From Clostridia bacterium (GTDB lineage: Bacteria; Bacillota; Clostridia; Lachnospirales; Lachnospiraceae), in the NCBI GenBank assembly GCA_003246295.1, contig QKAS01000053.1, positions 46,948-110,947 on the forward strand: DNA of 64,000 nt, read 5' to 3'. How positions within the stretch are numbered: the first letter of the stretch is position 1; each line of letters starts with the position of its first letter. Positions 60,729-64,000 of the stretch are shown here, piece after piece. Below the pieces are notes generated by a model. That model made no database searches and was not told the origin of the DNA. It saw only the letters and a list, made by a program, of their open reading frames with translations. A program made the translations under genes and the position numbers.

Positions 60729-60947
60729 ATGGCTGACATTAAATATGAAATTGTAGAAGAAATCGGTGTACTATCCGAAAATGCAAAAGGCTGGAGGAAA
60801 GAACTTAATCTTATCAGTTGGAATGATGGAGCTCCTAAGTACGATATTCGTGACTGGGCTCCTGAGCATGAGAAGATGGGCAAAGGTACAACTTTGGCGA
60901 AAGAAGAAGTTGTTAAGTTGAAGGAACTTTTGAATACGTTGTTTTAA
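60729..60947 (+). CDS. YdbC/PC4-like single-stranded nucleic acid-binding protein
   Basis: GWRKELNLISWN...KYDIRDW...KMGKG.TL signature. Confidence 0.88.
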   Translation: MADIKYEIVEEIGVLSENAKGWRKELNLISWNDGAPKYDIRDWAPEHEKMGKGTTLAKEEVVKLKELLNTLF

Positions 60948-60981
60948 ACATTAAGGCATGTGATTACGTCGGGGAGATGTT

Positions 60982-61836
60982 ATGAATCAAAATAAAGTGA
61001 TTGCTTTTGAAAAAATTGATAATGCATATGATTTAAAAGCATTCCTTCAACACTATGGAGGAATGCGTGAAAACAAGGGATTCTTGCATCATTATACTTC
61101 GTTGTCAACGGTAATAAGTTTATTTAAAAATAGGACATGGCATTTATCACAAGCCTCTTGTATGAATGATATTTTGGAATTTACTAATGGCGATATAAAT
61201 AAATGGAATAAATTGTTTTTTACAAGCTTCATGCGAGAAGATGATGAAAATATTGGAATGTGGAGTATGTACGGTCAACCATGGAATAAAGGCGTAAAAA
61301 TAAGCATTCCAAAAAACATTGCCGTAGATTGGTTAACAAAAGAATATATAAGAGTTTTTGAAGTTGATTGTAGAACAAAAAGCACGAATGATGAAATAAG
61401 TGAGACCCTATATCGGCAGCCGTTCTTAAGTGCAGTGGCGTACGCAAATACAGATAGAATTAATCGAAAAAAAGAAGTTGAGGAAGTTAGGTATGGAACG
61501 GTTAGGAATTCTAATTTGGTAGAGTGTACTCGTGATCCTGTTCTAACTGGCTATATCAAAGATGAAGCATGGGCTTACGAGAAAGAAATCAGATTATGCA
61601 TTGAGTTCAAAAATGCAATAAACTGTAAGCGGATATCATTGAGCATACCGGATGAAGTACTCGATAATATAATATTAACTCCAAGTCCTTTATTTGAAGG
61701 TGATTTTATGCAGGAACTTAATCGAGAAATAGAACAAGTATTTAAAACTAAAGAAAGCCTATTTAAAGGAAAATTTCAATTACAAGCAAAATGTGATGAA
61801 TGTAACTATGTGAATTTGCAGCATCAATTATCTTAG
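60982..61836 (+). CDS. DUF2971-family protein
   Basis: LHHYTS, MND..E, FTSF, MWSMYG and K..AW.YEKEIR motifs. Confidence 0.75.
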   Translation: MNQNKVIAFEKIDNAYDLKAFLQHYGGMRENKGFLHHYTSLSTVISLFKNRTWHLSQASCMNDILEFTNGDINKWNKLFFTSFMREDDENIGMWSMYGQPWNKGVKISIPKNIAVDWLTKEYIRVFEVDCRTKSTNDEISETLYRQPFLSAVAYANTDRINRKKEVEEVRYGTVRNSNLVECTRDPVLTGYIKDEAWAYEKEIRLCIEFKNAINCKRISLSIPDEVLDNIILTPSPLFEGDFMQELNREIEQVFKTKESLFKGKFQLQAKCDECNYVNLQHQLS

Positions 61837-61924
61837 AGAAATACGAGAAAAGCGTAAAAACAAATAAAATCAAACCATTAGAATAATAAAATTGATAAAA
61901 AGTGAGAAAATTTCGTAAAAATGA

Positions 61925-61953
61925 TTGACATTGCATAAAGTATGTCATACTAT
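61925..61953 (+). promoter_or_regulatory. Promoter of the rloAB-like pair with an internal inverted repeat
   Basis: TTGACA (61925-61930), 17-nt spacer, TACTAT (61948-61953); IR TGACAT...ATGTCA. Confidence 0.6.
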
Positions 61954-61979
61954 ATATATGAGATAAAGGAGGCAATGCC

Positions 61980-63254
61980 ATGTTAATAATGTTTAAAGTA
62001 AAAAACTACACATCTTTTAAGGACGAAGCAATTTTAGATATGAGGGCGGCTTCTTATAAACAACATACAACACATTTATTAGAAACTTATGATGGAACAA
62101 AGCTAGTTAAGACCGCTGCTATTTATGGTGCAAATGCATCAGGAAAATCTAATTTTATTTCAGCTATGTTTTTCTTCGAAAAGTATATTTTTGAACAATT
62201 TATTACAAAGAATGAAGCAGAAGAGTATGATTTTTCGAGTAAGGATTTGGAAACAAGGTTGGAACCATTCCAGTTATCAGAAGATAACAATGGGGCTTCT
62301 GAGTTTGATATTATGTTTTCGTGTAATGATAAAACTATCCAGTATGGCTTTGAATGTACGTCAGAAGAAGTAATAAGTGAATGGTATTACATTAATGATA
62401 AGAAGGTATTTGAACGCAATGGAAGTCAGGTTACGTTTGGAAAATCTTATGAAAAATATATTAAGGAATTTACAAAAGTTCCAAAAGAACGACTGTATTT
62501 ATCAGTATTAGAATACTTTCTTGGTGAAAAGGAAAAAGAAATTATTTTATATGATTTCGTGGAATTTTTCCAAAAAGAATATGATGTATTTTTGGAACTT
62601 TTCTTTGAATCAACAATCAAACATATTGCTGGTTTGGTAAGAATTAACGAACGTATCGTTAAGGATAAAAACTTTAGAAAGAAAGTCGAAAAGTATTTAA
62701 GCCAGATTGATGTTGGTATCAAGGGGCTGGATGTTCAGGTAAAAACAGTAGTTGATGAGAAAACTGGAAAAGAGAAAAAGCGTAAAACATTAAAGACAAT
62801 ACATGACATATATGATGATAATGGTTTGGTTTGTGGGCAAAAGGAATTCGAACTACCACAAGAGTCAACTGGAACATTACGTTTTTTAACATACATTCAG
62901 GAAGTTATCGAAATGACAGAAAGAGGAGGTGTGTTTGTTGTTGATGAAATTTCTGCAAGGCTTCATCCTTTATTGACAAAGCTAATTGTAGATATTTTTC
63001 AAGATAGCAAAAACACGAAAGCACAGCTGATTTTCACAACACACGATATCTCTTTGTTGAACAAAGAACAGTTTAGAAGGGATGAAGTGGTTTTTGTTGA
63101 TAAGAACCATAAAGGAGAATCATCTTTATATGCATTGTCTGATTTAAAGGTAAGAGATGATGCAACTTTTAATAAGGACTATTTGCAGGGTAAGTACGGT
63201 GCAATTCCAATCTTTAATTATGATGGAATTTTAGGCGGTGATGCGATTGGGTAG
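61980..63254 (+). CDS. AAA_21-type ABC ATPase (RloA/AbiLi-like)
   Basis: IYGANASGKSN, ESTGT signature, VVDE...LHP, QLIFTTHD and Y.QGKYGAIP motifs. Confidence 0.88.
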   Translation: MLIMFKVKNYTSFKDEAILDMRAASYKQHTTHLLETYDGTKLVKTAAIYGANASGKSNFISAMFFFEKYIFEQFITKNEAEEYDFSSKDLETRLEPFQLSEDNNGASEFDIMFSCNDKTIQYGFECTSEEVISEWYYINDKKVFERNGSQVTFGKSYEKYIKEFTKVPKERLYLSVLEYFLGEKEKEIILYDFVEFFQKEYDVFLELFFESTIKHIAGLVRINERIVKDKNFRKKVEKYLSQIDVGIKGLDVQVKTVVDEKTGKEKKRKTLKTIHDIYDDNGLVCGQKEFELPQESTGTLRFLTYIQEVIEMTERGGVFVVDEISARLHPLLTKLIVDIFQDSKNTKAQLIFTTHDISLLNKEQFRRDEVVFVDKNHKGESSLYALSDLKVRDDATFNKDYLQGKYGAIPIFNYDGILGGDAIG

Positions 63255-63897
63255 AACCATGTTATCACCATCCAGACAAAAAAATATAAAGAATACAAAC
63301 CTTGGACACATGATTTTATTTTGTGAAGGACTAACAGAAAAATACTATTTTGAATATTTTACCGACATAATTGAAAAAAATAAATTCAATGATGTTCGGA
63401 TCGAGATAGAATCAGCTGATGGTAATTCAAGCCGAGTTTTGAAGTTTGCAGATGAATATCTTGCTGTCGAAGATAATAATAGAAAATACAGTAATTATAA
63501 AAAGTATTTGGTGTTTGATTGTGATGCACCTCCAAATATACAGAAGGTTATTGATAAAATCTGCTTATCTGAAAATAGTTATGAAATGTTAGTTTCAAAT
63601 TACTTATTTGAGACGTGGTTATTAATGCATTTTGAAAATGTAACAGAAAAAATCTCTAAAGAACACACCTACAAGCGTTTAAGTGAGCATTTGGTAAATG
63701 AATACAAAAAAGCAAGTGCAGGTCTTATTAGAGAAATTATTCAAAATGGCAGTGTAGAAGAAGCTATGAAAAATGCTGAAAGTTTGGCAGAGAAGTATTC
63801 ACAAGAAGGAAAAAACATTTGCAATTCAATTGGAAAAATGAATCCATATACAAATGTTAATATATTAGTTGAGCAGCTATTGGCTGTAATAAGTTGA
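63238..63897 (+). CDS. RloB-family protein (AbiLii-like, TOPRIM-like)
   Basis: ILFCEGLTE..YF, VFDCD, SN..FE.WLL.HF and NPYTNV motifs; overlaps the ATPase gene; exact start uncertain. Confidence 0.85.
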   Translation: MMRLGRTMLSPSRQKNIKNTNLGHMILFCEGLTEKYYFEYFTDIIEKNKFNDVRIEIESADGNSSRVLKFADEYLAVEDNNRKYSNYKKYLVFDCDAPPNIQKVIDKICLSENSYEMLVSNYLFETWLLMHFENVTEKISKEHTYKRLSEHLVNEYKKASAGLIREIIQNGSVEEAMKNAESLAEKYSQEGKNICNSIGKMNPYTNVNILVEQLLAVIS

Positions 63898-64000
63898 AGG
63901 GAGTTGATAAAAGGCTAAAAGGTATTTTGAAAATTGAAAATTGTTGTTTACTGAGATTCTACGTCAGTAATTTATAAACCACCCTCAAAGCATTGATAAA

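Larger units (their letters stand above)
44039..64000 (+). mobile_element. Integrated mobilizable element / genomic island at the rlmD 3' end, carrying a defence cargo (right end beyond the window)
   Basis: Abrupt switch from core genes to parB, tnpV, parM/parR, oriT, mobC, relaxase and R-M/defence genes right after the rlmD HVE codons. Confidence 0.85.

Overview
Low-GC Firmicute chromosome, most likely Lachnospiraceae/Clostridia judging by gene order and protein style. About 1-44,080 is core genome: perR with a rubrerythrin, bdh, two two-component pairs, T-box-proS, ackA, cca, mazG-hup-yabO-divIC-tilS-hpt-ftsH (yabP, yabQ and spoIIE are absent from their usual places), a GH13 enzyme, five tRNAs, azlCD, galKT, nth, trmL, mutS2, yhaM and rlmD. 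From the 3' end of rlmD (about 44,040) to the window edge lies an integrated mobilizable element: ParB, TnpV, ParM plus ParR-like, oriT, MobC and a MOBP relaxase, followed by a dense anti-phage cargo. The most striking part is a Type I restriction-modification operon led by an extra subunit that looks like a catalytically dead N6-methyltransferase fused to a single HsdS TRD. A PIN nuclease gene and an Abi_C-type gene are wedged between the hsd genes, and the operon promoter sits inside a perfect 42-bp palindrome. KAP NTPase, YdbC/PC4, DUF2971 and RloAB/AbiL-type genes follow. Other candidates are a C-rich sRNA after ftsH, an unannotated 35-aa membrane protein and an HtrA pseudoprotease. All calls come from reading motifs by eye; no searches were run.
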